This document shows, piece after piece, positions 50,988-61,539 of a DNA stretch of 64,000 nt. Under the pieces are notes generated by a model. The model was not told where the DNA came from and ran no database searches. It saw only the letters and a list, made by a program, of their open reading frames with translations. A program made the translations under genes and the position numbers. Position 1 is the stretch's first letter. Each line of letters starts with the position of its first letter. This stretch comes from an uncultured Bacilli bacterium (GTDB lineage Bacteria > Bacillota_I > Bacilli_A > RF39 > UBA660), in NCBI GenBank assembly GCA_944372545.1, contig CALVZO010000016.1, forward strand, positions 21,668 to 85,667, read 5' to 3'.

Positions 50988-52008
50988 TAAATATAAACTC
51001 CCTTTGAATAATTAAATTGATAATCCAAATTAGGAAATCAACAAATATTTTGATAATAATAACCGAAATATTTAATAAATTATATAAATAAGTTACAAAA
51101 CAACCAGAAAAAAACATTTGAATTACTACTAAAATATAATACTTAGTAAGAGTTTTTATACTCATATCTTTAAATATTAAATTACTATTTACTAAATAAT
51201 TATAAATTGAAGAAACGATTCTTGCTAGAATTGTTGCGGCGAGAATTTTGGAATTAATATTTAATATTGAAAAAAATGAAGCAAATAATAAAATGTCTAG
51301 TAAAAAAGATGATGTTGCTACAAGAAAATATTTTAAAAATAATTTATATATCATAATTGAGTCTTTTAAGGGATTAAAATGACTATTAGCATTACTATTT
51401 AAATAAATTGTTTCTATTTCTACTTCACTAATATCTATATTTTCTTCTTTACAAGCAATTAACATATTAGTTTCATATTCATATCTTTCTCCAGTTAAAT
51501 CAACAAATTGTAACATTAAATTTTTACTAAATCCTCTTAAACCAGTTTGGGTATCACTTATATCAAGACCAATAAATATCTTGAAAATATTTCTCGTAAT
51601 TTTATTCCCATATTTGCTTTTATTAGGAACATTGTCTAAATCAAAATCTCTAACCCCTAAAATTAATTTATCTTTATTTTTAAGAAGAGCCTTAGCACAT
51701 TTTTTAATATCTTTCACACCATGTTGTCCATCACAGTCGCAAGTAATTGCACCTTCTATATCACTATAATTATTTAAAAGATAATTAAAGGCATTTTTAA
51801 TTGCTCTTCCTTTCCCTAAATTCTTATAATGTTTTAATACTTTAATCTTATCTTTTTCTAAACTTTTAAAAAATTTATCATGTTCCCTTTTAGAACCATC
51901 ATTTATAACCAAAATATTTGTAAATTCTTTTTTTAATTCTTTTAAAAATTTCAACATTATATCTTCTTCTGGATCTAAAGAAGGAACTATTATAAATATA
52001 TTTTCCAT
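50974..52008 (-). CDS. GT2 polyprenyl-phosphate glycosyltransferase fused to a C-terminal GtrA-like 4-TM domain (CsbB/GtrB-like)
   Basis: The N-terminal GT-A has IIVPSLDPEE, VINDGS and DCDGQH (DxD). The C-terminal 120 aa match the GtrA pattern. It overlaps the PAP2 gene by 14 nt. Confidence 0.75.
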   Translation of the reverse strand: MENIFIIVPSLDPEEDIMLKFLKELKKEFTNILVINDGSKREHDKFFKSLEKDKIKVLKHYKNLGKGRAIKNAFNYLLNNYSDIEGAITCDCDGQHGVKDIKKCAKALLKNKDKLILGVRDFDLDNVPNKSKYGNKITRNIFKIFIGLDISDTQTGLRGFSKNLMLQFVDLTGERYEYETNMLIACKEENIDISEVEIETIYLNSNANSHFNPLKDSIMIYKLFLKYFLVATSSFLLDILLFASFFSILNINSKILAATILARIVSSIYNYLVNSNLIFKDMSIKTLTKYYILVVIQMFFSGCFVTYLYNLLNISVIIIKIFVDFLIWIINLIIQREFIFNEKK

Positions 52009-52021
52009 TTATACCACCTAA

Positions 52022-53200
52022 CTATATTGATTCCATATTAACAAGTTTATAAGAGCCATCATAATAAATAAAATATAATCTATCATGCATAACATCAACT
52101 TTATCTTTACCACTTACAACCATATTTTTTTCTAAGTAAACTTCACAACTAAAGGCTAAGTCATTATAAATAATAAAGTTTTTTATTGATTCATTAGTAA
52201 ATACTGGATTTTTTAATCTATGTGAACTAACAAAAGTAATATCAACATTATGACTCCAACCATAAGCCATTTCATACATGTAACTATCAGTGATTAAGTA
52301 TGGAGTAAGTTGGAAAAATCCATGATAACTACCAGATAAATCATCAGTTAAAAATAAACTCCATTTTTCCGCTAAAGACATAATATCAAAATCTTCTTTT
52401 AAATATTTTTTAGCATCTTCTAAATTTTCTACTTCAATAAATTCTTTTTTTACTTCTATTTTATTATCTTTAGTTTGATAACTAACTTCTAATTTATCAC
52501 TATCTTTGATAATAATTTCTGGCTCGTATACCAAATTATTTATTTCATAAGTTTTATTTTTATCTATTTCAATGTAGGTAGTAAGTCTTTCTAACCCTTC
52601 TACATCGCCTTCCTTAGTTATATCATCATCACTTACTAATTTATCATTAATATATAATTCATAATCAGTAGGTATAGTAATTTCATAATTATATAAACCA
52701 TTAGAAAAATCATTTTTACTATCAACTATTTCCCACTCATTAATAGTTAAGATAGCCATTTTTTTGTAAGTATTAACACTTTTTAGGAAAACCGTACTAA
52801 TAACTTTATCATTTATTTTTAAATCATATGCATAAATATCATCACTAGATTCCTTACTATTTTTCTTAATTACTAAATCTTCACTTTTAAATAATTTTTT
52901 TACACCATCACTTATTTTGGCATTACTTTTTTCATAATCACTAATTACAAATAAATCTTCACTAATATCTTCAGATAATTTCCCGCTTGTTGCTAAATAT
53001 TTAATATAATTATCTACTAAATTTCGTTCATATAAAACCATACTTCTATAAACATAGCCTAAAAATGCTATGCTTATTATTATTAAAATACTTGAAAATA
53101 TTACTAATCCTTTTTTATATGGACTTAATCTTCTAAATTTTCTTCCTAATTTCATAATATTTACCTCTTCTCTACAATGAATCCCGTTGGTAATCTCCAA
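52022..53200 (-). CDS. hypothetical N-terminally anchored extracytoplasmic protein
   Basis: 392 aa, one TM helix. No recognisable motif. Confidence 0.4.
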   Translation of the reverse strand: MEITNGIHCREEVNIMKLGRKFRRLSPYKKGLVIFSSILIIISIAFLGYVYRSMVLYERNLVDNYIKYLATSGKLSEDISEDLFVISDYEKSNAKISDGVKKLFKSEDLVIKKNSKESSDDIYAYDLKINDKVISTVFLKSVNTYKKMAILTINEWEIVDSKNDFSNGLYNYEITIPTDYELYINDKLVSDDDITKEGDVEGLERLTTYIEIDKNKTYEINNLVYEPEIIIKDSDKLEVSYQTKDNKIEVKKEFIEVENLEDAKKYLKEDFDIMSLAEKWSLFLTDDLSGSYHGFFQLTPYLITDSYMYEMAYGWSHNVDITFVSSHRLKNPVFTNESIKNFIIYNDLAFSCEVYLEKNMVVSGKDKVDVMHDRLYFIYYDGSYKLVNMESI

Positions 53201-54201
53201 GAAGAATTAGAGTAATAAAGAGTTACAGAAGTCATTTCATATTTACCATCATAATACATACTTGATGATGAGCCACCATCGATATTAGCAGCATTTATAG
53301 CCCCATATTCTTCCATAACTTCAATTAAATCTTGAGCGGTTGCCCCAAGGTGACCATTAGCACCTCTTCCATCAGTTACAAGCAGTAATACGGCACCATC
53401 ACTTCTTTGACCAATTGCAGTTCTTGGATTTGCCCCACTACCTGAGCCATTAACACTTCTTGATTCACCATTTATTATTAATTTTACAAAATGGTTATTC
53501 GCATCACTTGCTTCTTCTTGAAACGCAACAGCATCTCTTATTTTTTCTTCTTTAATAATATTTTCAATTTCTGTTTTATTTTTACCACTTAAATCAATTA
53601 CTTTAAGTAAATTATCTTCCCCAAAACCAACTAAATGCAGTCCGGCAATTCCAGAGGGATTATTATGTTCAATTACTCCATCTCTTACAACTAGTCCCAT
53701 TGGTCTACCACCTTTATTACCATTAGATACATAAAGTCCCCCATTAACACCCGCAAAAGCATCGTTGTCATTTACTAATTTATCTAAAGTTATACCATAT
53801 TCTTTCCAACTACCATCATAAATTGTCGCAAGTTTAACCCTTGCTGGGTCATTTACAATAATCATTTTGGCACTAAAAGTTCCCCCATTTATTTCTACTA
53901 ATTCTATACCATTAATATCTTCTATTTCCTCTGTTGAAATTAAAGAATTATCTATTTCTTCATCAAAAGATTCCATACTATTACTATCAACTATTTCTTG
54001 AACGGCTTCATCACTCATTAGTAAGCCAACAACAAATTTCATTTGCCCAGTTTCTAAAAAAGTTGTTACAAAAAGGTTTCTAGCATGTTCACTAGGACCA
54101 TAGCAAAAAATTAATCCCATACCATAAATAGTAACGATTAAAAATAAAAGAAAGATACCAACAAAACTAAAAAATTTACCAACTATTTTTAATATTTTCA
54201 T
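53161..54201 (-). CDS. phosphodiester glycosidase family protein (NAGPA-like, DUF2233)
   Basis: N-terminal TM helix. The C-terminus AANIDGGSSSSMYYDG is characteristic of this family. An internal GVNGGLY motif is also present. Confidence 0.6.
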   Translation of the reverse strand: MKILKIVGKFFSFVGIFLLFLIVTIYGMGLIFCYGPSEHARNLFVTTFLETGQMKFVVGLLMSDEAVQEIVDSNSMESFDEEIDNSLISTEEIEDINGIELVEINGGTFSAKMIIVNDPARVKLATIYDGSWKEYGITLDKLVNDNDAFAGVNGGLYVSNGNKGGRPMGLVVRDGVIEHNNPSGIAGLHLVGFGEDNLLKVIDLSGKNKTEIENIIKEEKIRDAVAFQEEASDANNHFVKLIINGESRSVNGSGSGANPRTAIGQRSDGAVLLLVTDGRGANGHLGATAQDLIEVMEEYGAINAANIDGGSSSSMYYDGKYEMTSVTLYYSNSSWRLPTGFIVEKR

Positions 54202-54295
54202 ATAAAACTTCCTTTACTACAAATACTCTATCAAAATCTTATCATAGATAATTATAAAGTTCAACCAAGAAAAAAATTGGGAAATCCCAATAACT

Positions 54296-55345
54296 TTATT
54301 CTTGTGCAAGACTAATTAATTTATCAATTAAATCTCTATAACTTATTCCAAAATTCTCTATTAATTTAGGATACATGCTAATAGATGTAAATCCTGGTAA
54401 AGTATTTATTTCATTTAAATATATTTTATTAGTATTATTTTCAATAAAGAAATCTACTCTTGAAAGTCCTTTGCAATCACATGCTAAGTAGGCTTTCTTT
54501 GCTAACTCTTGAATTTCTTTTATTAATTGGTCATCAACATTAGCAGGAATTACCACGCTTGATTTAGCATCTTTATATTTAGAATCAAATGTATAAAATT
54601 CCCCATTTGCTAAAACTTCTCCCACTGTTGAAGCAATTAAATCATTATTACCAAGTATTGCACACTCTACTTCTCTTCCCTTTATTTCTTCTTCTACTAA
54701 AACTTTCTCATCATATAAAAATGCTTCTTCTAAATATTTAATTAATTCAATTCCATTAGTGGCCTTATTAAATCCAATTGAAGAGCCTTGATTAGATGGC
54801 TTAATAAATACTGGAAAATTTAAATAATCACTTACTTCATTAATAACACTATTTTTATCAAGTATCTTTTTATTAAAATCACTAGTTATATAAATATAAT
54901 TGTCTTCTTCTTTTTTTAAATACATTCCCTTAGCGGTATTAATGCCGGCTTTCTCAAACATAATTTTTGTATATATTTTGTCCATACATAAGGAAGATGC
55001 CAAAACATGACAACCAACATATTTAACTCCTAATAACTCAAGTAAGCCTTGTATTGTTCCATCTTCTCCATATAAACCATGAAGTACTGGAAATACTAAA
55101 TCTAAATTTTTTAAATATTCCATTATATTAGGAATAAGTTCTAATTCTTTAATTTCATCTCCAACATTAAGAATCTTTATTTTATCAATATCTTTTGTAT
55201 ATTTATAAAATTTTCCTTCACTACTAATATATATTGGATATATTTCATATTTCTCTTTATTAATATTTTCTATAATACTGGTACCTGATACAATTGATAC
55301 ATCATGTTCTTTTGATTTACCCCCAAAAATAATTCCTAATTTCAT
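54296..55345 (-). CDS. ddl: D-alanine--D-alanine ligase
   Basis: 349 aa. GGKSKEHDVS N-terminus, ATP-grasp motifs, and the C-terminus EINTLPGFT. Confidence 0.9.
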   Translation of the reverse strand: MKLGIIFGGKSKEHDVSIVSGTSIIENINKEKYEIYPIYISSEGKFYKYTKDIDKIKILNVGDEIKELELIPNIMEYLKNLDLVFPVLHGLYGEDGTIQGLLELLGVKYVGCHVLASSLCMDKIYTKIMFEKAGINTAKGMYLKKEEDNYIYITSDFNKKILDKNSVINEVSDYLNFPVFIKPSNQGSSIGFNKATNGIELIKYLEEAFLYDEKVLVEEEIKGREVECAILGNNDLIASTVGEVLANGEFYTFDSKYKDAKSSVVIPANVDDQLIKEIQELAKKAYLACDCKGLSRVDFFIENNTNKIYLNEINTLPGFTSISMYPKLIENFGISYRDLIDKLISLAQE

Positions 55346-55355
55346 TTTTTACCTC

Positions 55356-56759
55356 CTATTTTAGAAGTTTTATTATTCCTTCATATATTTCAATAAAATT
55401 CATACCTAAAGAAGACTTAATTAAAATTGTATCATTTTCTTTAATTAATTCTTTAATCTTCTCTATAGCATCACTATTTTTATTATATGCATAAGTTAGT
55501 TCTTTATTAAAACCATTTAATATTGCTTCTTCATAAATATATTTAGCATCTTCACCAACACATATTAATATATCTATATCTTTACTAGCAATAAATTTAC
55601 CTAAAGTTCTATGAATACTTTCTGAAAAACTACCAAGTTCTAACATACTTCCTAAGATAGCAATTTTTCTTGTTTTACTTAAACTACTTAAATAAGTAAT
55701 TGCACTTTCCATTGAATCTAAATTAGCATTATAACAATCATTTATAATAGTTATATTATTAAATTTTTCTATTTGCATTCTTCTTTTAGTTAAAATGAAG
55801 TTCTCTATTCCTAACTTTATATCTTCATTACTAATATTAAAGTAATCTCCAATAGTTATGGCACACAAACTATTTGTAACAAAATGTTCTCCCGGTACAT
55901 TTATTTTAAATGTATCTTCTAAATTATTTAAATTAACCTTAAATGTACTACTACTATCTTCTAACTTAATATTTGTTGCCATATAATCACTTTCATTATT
56001 TATACCATAAGTAATTATTTTCATATCTTTATTATCTTCATAAAATTTATGTAATAAATCATTATCATTATTAATAATTAATACTTTTTCTTCCATACCA
56101 TCAAGTATTTCTAATTTGGCTTTTAAAATGTTTTCTCTTGAACCAAGAAGACCAATATGGGCAGTACCAACATTAGTAATTATAGAAATAGTGGGTCTTG
56201 CTATCTTTGATAAATTAGAAATTTCTCTTAAATTATTCATACCCATTTCAATTACTAAACAATTCTCATCTTTTAAAGATAAAATAGTAAGGGGTACTCC
56301 AATATGATTATTTAAATTACCCATAGTCTTTAAAACATGAAATTTTTTACTTAAAACACTAGCCACTATATCTTTAGTACTAGTTTTACCAACACTTCCA
56401 GTTATTCCAATAACCGGTATATCATATAAACTTCTTTTATAACTAGCAAGGCTTTGTAAAGATTTAATTACATCATCTACTAAAACAATAAATTTATCTT
56501 CTAAAGTATCTAAATATTCATAATCTATTTTAGTCTCACTACTTAAAATACAACCCCGAGCCCCTTTATTAAAAGCATCTTTATATAAAGAGTTACCATC
56601 AAAATTTTCGCCCTTAATACCTATATAAATATCACCTTTTTGAATAGTTCTTGTATCTTTAGAAAAATTTTCTAATAAAGTATCTTTATCTCCGATTAAA
56701 AGATGCCCCCTACATTTATCAATTAAATCACTTACATAAATATTATGCATAAACACCAC
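55356..56759 (-). CDS. murF: UDP-MurNAc-tripeptide--D-Ala-D-Ala ligase
   Basis: GITGSVGKTSTK P-loop plus the Mur-ligase central and C-terminal domains. Confidence 0.88.
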   Translation of the reverse strand: MVFMHNIYVSDLIDKCRGHLLIGDKDTLLENFSKDTRTIQKGDIYIGIKGENFDGNSLYKDAFNKGARGCILSSETKIDYEYLDTLEDKFIVLVDDVIKSLQSLASYKRSLYDIPVIGITGSVGKTSTKDIVASVLSKKFHVLKTMGNLNNHIGVPLTILSLKDENCLVIEMGMNNLREISNLSKIARPTISIITNVGTAHIGLLGSRENILKAKLEILDGMEEKVLIINNDNDLLHKFYEDNKDMKIITYGINNESDYMATNIKLEDSSSTFKVNLNNLEDTFKINVPGEHFVTNSLCAITIGDYFNISNEDIKLGIENFILTKRRMQIEKFNNITIINDCYNANLDSMESAITYLSSLSKTRKIAILGSMLELGSFSESIHRTLGKFIASKDIDILICVGEDAKYIYEEAILNGFNKELTYAYNKNSDAIEKIKELIKENDTILIKSSLGMNFIEIYEGIIKLLK

Positions 56760-56768
56760 CCTTACTAA

Positions 56769-57437
56769 TTATTTAATATTCTTATCTTCTTTTATCATTT
56801 TAAGAATTTCATCATATAACTTTTTATTTGCTGTTTCTAAATCCATATCACCAACTTTAAAAGGCTTGCCAAAAGTTAGTTTTAAATCTTTGGTGCGAAA
56901 TTTATAAGTACCAGTTATAGCAAAAGGAACAATAGTAGCGTTAGTTTTTTTAGCCATCGAAACTGCTCCAAATTTAAATGGTTGCAATAATTCTTTCGTT
57001 TTATTTCTAGTTCCTTCTGGAAATAATCCTAGGGCTAAACCTTTTTCTAAAACTTCAATTGCTTTTGTTTTCGCCACTTCATCACGATTTTGTCTATCTA
57101 CTGGAATACACCCAGCCATTTTAAAAAACCATCTTGTTTTCTTATTTTGAAAATATTCTATTTTGGCCATATAATGAACCGGTCTTTTCATATGCAATAA
57201 TGGTAAACATTGATCCATTACATGAATATGATTACCACATAAAATAATTGGTCCATCAGTTGGTACTACATCTTTATTTTTTACTTTAAAAGGATAATAA
57301 AGGCGAAATACCCAACCTAATGTATATTTAACAAAATTAAAACCAAACATATTAAATTCATTTTTACCAAATGATTTAAACGCAATAAAAATTAAATATA
57401 ATACAATTAATATTAAAATAATATACACTATTAACAT
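56769..57437 (-). CDS. plsC: 1-acyl-sn-glycerol-3-phosphate acyltransferase
   Basis: NHIHVMD (the H(X)4D motif) and FPEGTRN. Confidence 0.8.
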   Translation of the reverse strand: MLIVYIILILIVLYLIFIAFKSFGKNEFNMFGFNFVKYTLGWVFRLYYPFKVKNKDVVPTDGPIILCGNHIHVMDQCLPLLHMKRPVHYMAKIEYFQNKKTRWFFKMAGCIPVDRQNRDEVAKTKAIEVLEKGLALGLFPEGTRNKTKELLQPFKFGAVSMAKKTNATIVPFAITGTYKFRTKDLKLTFGKPFKVGDMDLETANKKLYDEILKMIKEDKNIK

Positions 57438-57445
57438 AAATACTC

Positions 57446-58018
57446 CTATTCTATAACTTTGATACTAGTAATAACAGGTTGATTTTCATATAAAACGGTA
57501 CCGTTATCATCTTCTACTTCAATACTTTCACAAATTTCATCAACTATATCTATGCCTTCTTTTACATAACCAAACGCGGCATAATTACCATCTAAATATG
57601 TAGCATCTTCATGAACTATAAAAAATTGACTTGAGGCACTATCATAACTAAAACCATTTCTTGCCATTGAAATAACTCCTCTTACATGACTAATATTATT
57701 TTCTACCCCATTTTGCGAAAATTCACCTTTAATAGTTTCACTAGAGCCCCCAGTTCCATCATGATTTGGATCTCCTCCTTGAATCATAAATCCCGATATA
57801 ATCCGGTGAAATGTAAGCCCATCATAAAAGCCATCATTTACTAAATTCACAAAATTGGTAACTGTAATTGGAGCAACATCAGCATCTAACTCAGCATATA
57901 TTACCCCATAATTTGAAACATCAATAGCAATATTTATTTTTCCGCTTAGATACTCATCACTTTTACTGGAACAACTTACACAAAATAATAAGCAAATAAT
58001 AAGCACTAACTTTTTCAT
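57446..58018 (-). CDS. cyclophilin-type peptidyl-prolyl isomerase, lipoprotein
   Basis: Lipobox FCVSC. FHRIISGFMIQGGDP core motif. Confidence 0.85.
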   Translation of the reverse strand: MKKLVLIICLLFCVSCSSKSDEYLSGKINIAIDVSNYGVIYAELDADVAPITVTNFVNLVNDGFYDGLTFHRIISGFMIQGGDPNHDGTGGSSETIKGEFSQNGVENNISHVRGVISMARNGFSYDSASSQFFIVHEDATYLDGNYAAFGYVKEGIDIVDEICESIEVEDDNGTVLYENQPVITSIKVIE

Positions 58019-59724
58019 TTACTTCCCTTTACTAATTCTTCTTGTAATTTCTTATAATCAACTTTCATTAATTTTGTTTTAGGAAATTCCTTTTTATAAA
58101 TATATTCTCTAGGTATCATATAGAAAGATAAATTTTTCTTAGCATGGTCCATTATACTTTTTTTAACCGTGTAACTTTCTTCTACACCATCTTCTAAAAT
58201 AATAAATGCTTTAGCAACTTCTTGTTTATATGGGTGTGGTACCCCAACTACACATGCATCTTTAACATATTTATTTTCTCTTAAAACATTTTCAACATAT
58301 TGTGGGTATATATTATAACCTGATGAAATAATAATTCTTTTAATTCTTTGAACATAAAAGACTACCCCATCTTCATCAATATAACCCAAATCACCAGTAT
58401 GAATATAATAATTACCATCATCATGTAATTTATAAACCTTATCTGTTTCCGCTTTATTATTTAGATACCCTTTCATAACTGCAAGGCCACTTGCACAAAT
58501 TTCTCCCACTTCATTAGGTTTTACTTCTTTATTTGTTTCTGGATTAATTATTTTAATAATATTACCAGGAAGAGGAATACCAACACTACCTAATTTATCA
58601 CTACCTAAAGAGCCAAAACAAAATGGTCCAGTAGTTTCAGTCATACCATAACCTTGGGTAATAGTAACTGGACAGTTATGATTTTTTAAAAATTCATTAA
58701 CTTCTTTATTTTTATTAACTGCTAATGTATCTCCACCAGATATTACAAATTTAACTTGCGATAAATCTACATTATCCATATGTTTATTTTTAAGTAAGGC
58801 TTCATATAAAGTAGGTACTCCCGTAATAACTGTTGGTTTGTATTTATTCAGTAATTTATCAAATCTTTTCGCATCAAATTGTGGCACTAAAATACAAGTT
58901 ACTCCTAAACATAAAGGGGCATATAAACATACAACTAAACCAAAGCAATGGAAAAGTGGTAAAATTGATAACATTGTATCACCAGGATAAAGTGTTGGAA
59001 AACAGACCTTTGCTTGTTCATTAATACAAGTAAAACTTCTATTTGATAAAACAATACTTTTTGGTGTTCCTGTTGTTCCTCCACTATGAAGAATTACGGC
59101 ATCATCTTCACTACTTCTTTTAACGAAAACATTGCCATCATAATTATCTCCTAAACGTAAAAATTCTTTCCAAAAAATATATAAACTATTTTTCTTTGGC
59201 TTTTCTTCTTTTCTTCCCTTTGTGGCATTATAAAGTCCATTTAAAATAATTGGCATTGACTCTGATGCACTAGCAATAACAACTTTATAAACACTAGTTT
59301 CTTTAATAATTTTTCTTATATTACTATAAATTCCACTAAATGCTACTAAAAGAGTACTCTTTGTAACATTTAAATATTCTTTAATTTCTTCTTCTGCTGA
59401 TAAAGGGTGAATCATATTAGCAATTGCCCCTACTTTATTAACCGCTAAAAAAGTAATTGCGGCTTCGGGAGTATTAGGCATACATATTGTTACTACATCA
59501 CCAACTCTTACTCCAAGGGCTTTTAGACTTCTTGCACATTTATCAATATAATCCCAAAATAATTTATAAGTAATCTTTCTCCCAAAATAATTAATCGCAT
59601 AATTATTTTTATAATCTATAGTATTTTCCATCATATACTCATATAAAGAGATATCAGGCACTTCAATATTTAAATCTTCTTCATTATAAAAATGTTCCCA
59701 TAAATTTTTTTCCTTTTTTTCCAT
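58015..59724 (-). CDS. AMP-dependent acyl-CoA synthetase / long-chain fatty-acid--CoA ligase
   Basis: LHSGGTTGTPKS (AMP-binding motif I), TGD, and a C-terminal K. Confidence 0.8.
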   Translation of the reverse strand: MEKKEKNLWEHFYNEEDLNIEVPDISLYEYMMENTIDYKNNYAINYFGRKITYKLFWDYIDKCARSLKALGVRVGDVVTICMPNTPEAAITFLAVNKVGAIANMIHPLSAEEEIKEYLNVTKSTLLVAFSGIYSNIRKIIKETSVYKVVIASASESMPIILNGLYNATKGRKEEKPKKNSLYIFWKEFLRLGDNYDGNVFVKRSSEDDAVILHSGGTTGTPKSIVLSNRSFTCINEQAKVCFPTLYPGDTMLSILPLFHCFGLVVCLYAPLCLGVTCILVPQFDAKRFDKLLNKYKPTVITGVPTLYEALLKNKHMDNVDLSQVKFVISGGDTLAVNKNKEVNEFLKNHNCPVTITQGYGMTETTGPFCFGSLGSDKLGSVGIPLPGNIIKIINPETNKEVKPNEVGEICASGLAVMKGYLNNKAETDKVYKLHDDGNYYIHTGDLGYIDEDGVVFYVQRIKRIIISSGYNIYPQYVENVLRENKYVKDACVVGVPHPYKQEVAKAFIILEDGVEESYTVKKSIMDHAKKNLSFYMIPREYIYKKEFPKTKLMKVDYKKLQEELVKGSK

Positions 59725-59780
59725 ATTAATCCTTTCTATTACTAATTAATTATACAATATAATTATATGTCATTACAAGG

Positions 59781-61538
59781 TTAGTTTGCTTTAGTCTCTA
59801 GCATTTTCTTAATTAATGGATACATACAAACCATTATTAAAAGTGAAGGATATATATATCTATAATACGTATTGGCTGGACTTAAAACACAGAATAAAAT
59901 AGATATTATATTAGGAATTAAGAATATATAATACTTATCTTTACATAACTTTAAGAATATATAAATACTAAACCAAGTAATAAATGCAATATTTAATATT
60001 AAACCAAAAAGACTGCATTCAAAAATTATTTCATAATCATGCATTAAACTTCTTCCTAAACTTAAATTATTATAATGATAGTCAAATCCTGCTTCCGGTA
60101 ATTTAGGATTTAATTTATGATATACTTTCCAACTATTTTCAAAAGGATTAAAATAACCAGAGATATTATTAATTGTAGCATCAATATATACTAAAGGGTG
60201 CTTAAGTAAGCCATTAAACCAAACTTCAAAATAATTTATTAAATCTTCATTAGTAGCGTCTTTATTGTATTTATTTTTAACTGGGTCTGCTAAATCTTTG
60301 TCATAATTTGTTTTTAAATTATCATAATCTAAAACTTTACTAATTACATCTTTTTCTTCTTCACTTAATTCATCTTCATAATAAATTACATATCTTGCTG
60401 TTTGTTGAAATGGAATTGATAATGTTTCTCTAATGCTTGTTCCACTTATTCCTAAACTAGGCAAAAGAATATTATTAAATGATGTATAACTGAAAATAAC
60501 TAGTAATAAAAGAGAGATAATTGGTAACTTTCTTTTTTGATAAAGCAAAAATGGAATAGTTATTATAACAATAAAGAACCCATTATTTCTAAATAAACAC
60601 ACTAACATACTAGTTAAAAATAAACGAATATAATCCCATTTTTTCAAATCATTAGTTGTAGTAAAGTGATAAATATCTAATGTAAATAATAATAAAAAGG
60701 CGGTATATAATGTATCTTTAACTGCAGTTATACTATAGTAACCAAATAAAGGAACTAACCCTAAAATTAGTAAACTTATAAATGAATTTATAGGATTTAC
60801 TTTATGATTTACACTATAAGATATAATATGACTATAAACATAAATTACAATAAATAATTGAAATATTGTATATAAAAACATACCAAAATTGACATTACCA
60901 ATTAAGTAACCGAATTTAAATAATCCCCCTAGTAAAAAAGTATGAATTATTGGATTAAAATTAGTAAGAGTAAGATCACTTATAGGATTAATAGCGTCTA
61001 AATATCTTGTATGCATACCCATCATTTCTTTTATTTGATTTGCATTATCATAATTAATAATTCCCGGATAATATAAAATTAAGTATACAGAATAACAAAT
61101 ACTTAAGAAAATAAATGAGTATAAAAAATGATTTTTAGTAAATTTATTTAAAAATTTAAATTCTTTTTTATATTCTTTTTGTAAATGTTTACTAAAATGA
61201 CTAATTAAAGTGGTAAAAAAGAAATAAAAACCTAATATTTTTAAAATAGATAAGAAAAAATTAGGAATACTTCCAAAGAATAATTCTCCAGTAGTTTTTA
61301 TTTCATAACTATACCCTAAGACTAAAATAAAACTCATTATAATTATAAATATTTTTTCTCTTAATACTAAATTATTACTTCTAAATTTATAATAGTAAAT
61401 AAAAAGGAAAATAAATAATAAAAAACTTAAAAACCAAGCAAGATTATTATTTAGATATCTAAAAAAATAAGCACAAACACTAATTGTAGTAAGAATACTA
61501 TATATAATATTTTGATAATTTTCTTTTATTTTTTTCAT
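59781..61538 (-). CDS. polytopic membrane protein, possible GT-C-type glycosyltransferase (GtrC/YfhO-like partner of GtrA)
   Basis: 585 aa with about 12 TM helices and a roughly 100-aa extracytoplasmic loop near the C-terminus. It abuts gtrA with a 1-nt gap. Confidence 0.4.
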   Translation of the reverse strand: MKKIKENYQNIIYSILTTISVCAYFFRYLNNNLAWFLSFLLFIFLFIYYYKFRSNNLVLREKIFIIIMSFILVLGYSYEIKTTGELFFGSIPNFFLSILKILGFYFFFTTLISHFSKHLQKEYKKEFKFLNKFTKNHFLYSFIFLSICYSVYLILYYPGIINYDNANQIKEMMGMHTRYLDAINPISDLTLTNFNPIIHTFLLGGLFKFGYLIGNVNFGMFLYTIFQLFIVIYVYSHIISYSVNHKVNPINSFISLLILGLVPLFGYYSITAVKDTLYTAFLLLFTLDIYHFTTTNDLKKWDYIRLFLTSMLVCLFRNNGFFIVIITIPFLLYQKRKLPIISLLLLVIFSYTSFNNILLPSLGISGTSIRETLSIPFQQTARYVIYYEDELSEEEKDVISKVLDYDNLKTNYDKDLADPVKNKYNKDATNEDLINYFEVWFNGLLKHPLVYIDATINNISGYFNPFENSWKVYHKLNPKLPEAGFDYHYNNLSLGRSLMHDYEIIFECSLFGLILNIAFITWFSIYIFLKLCKDKYYIFLIPNIISILFCVLSPANTYYRYIYPSLLIMVCMYPLIKKMLETKAN

Positions 61539-61539
61539 G

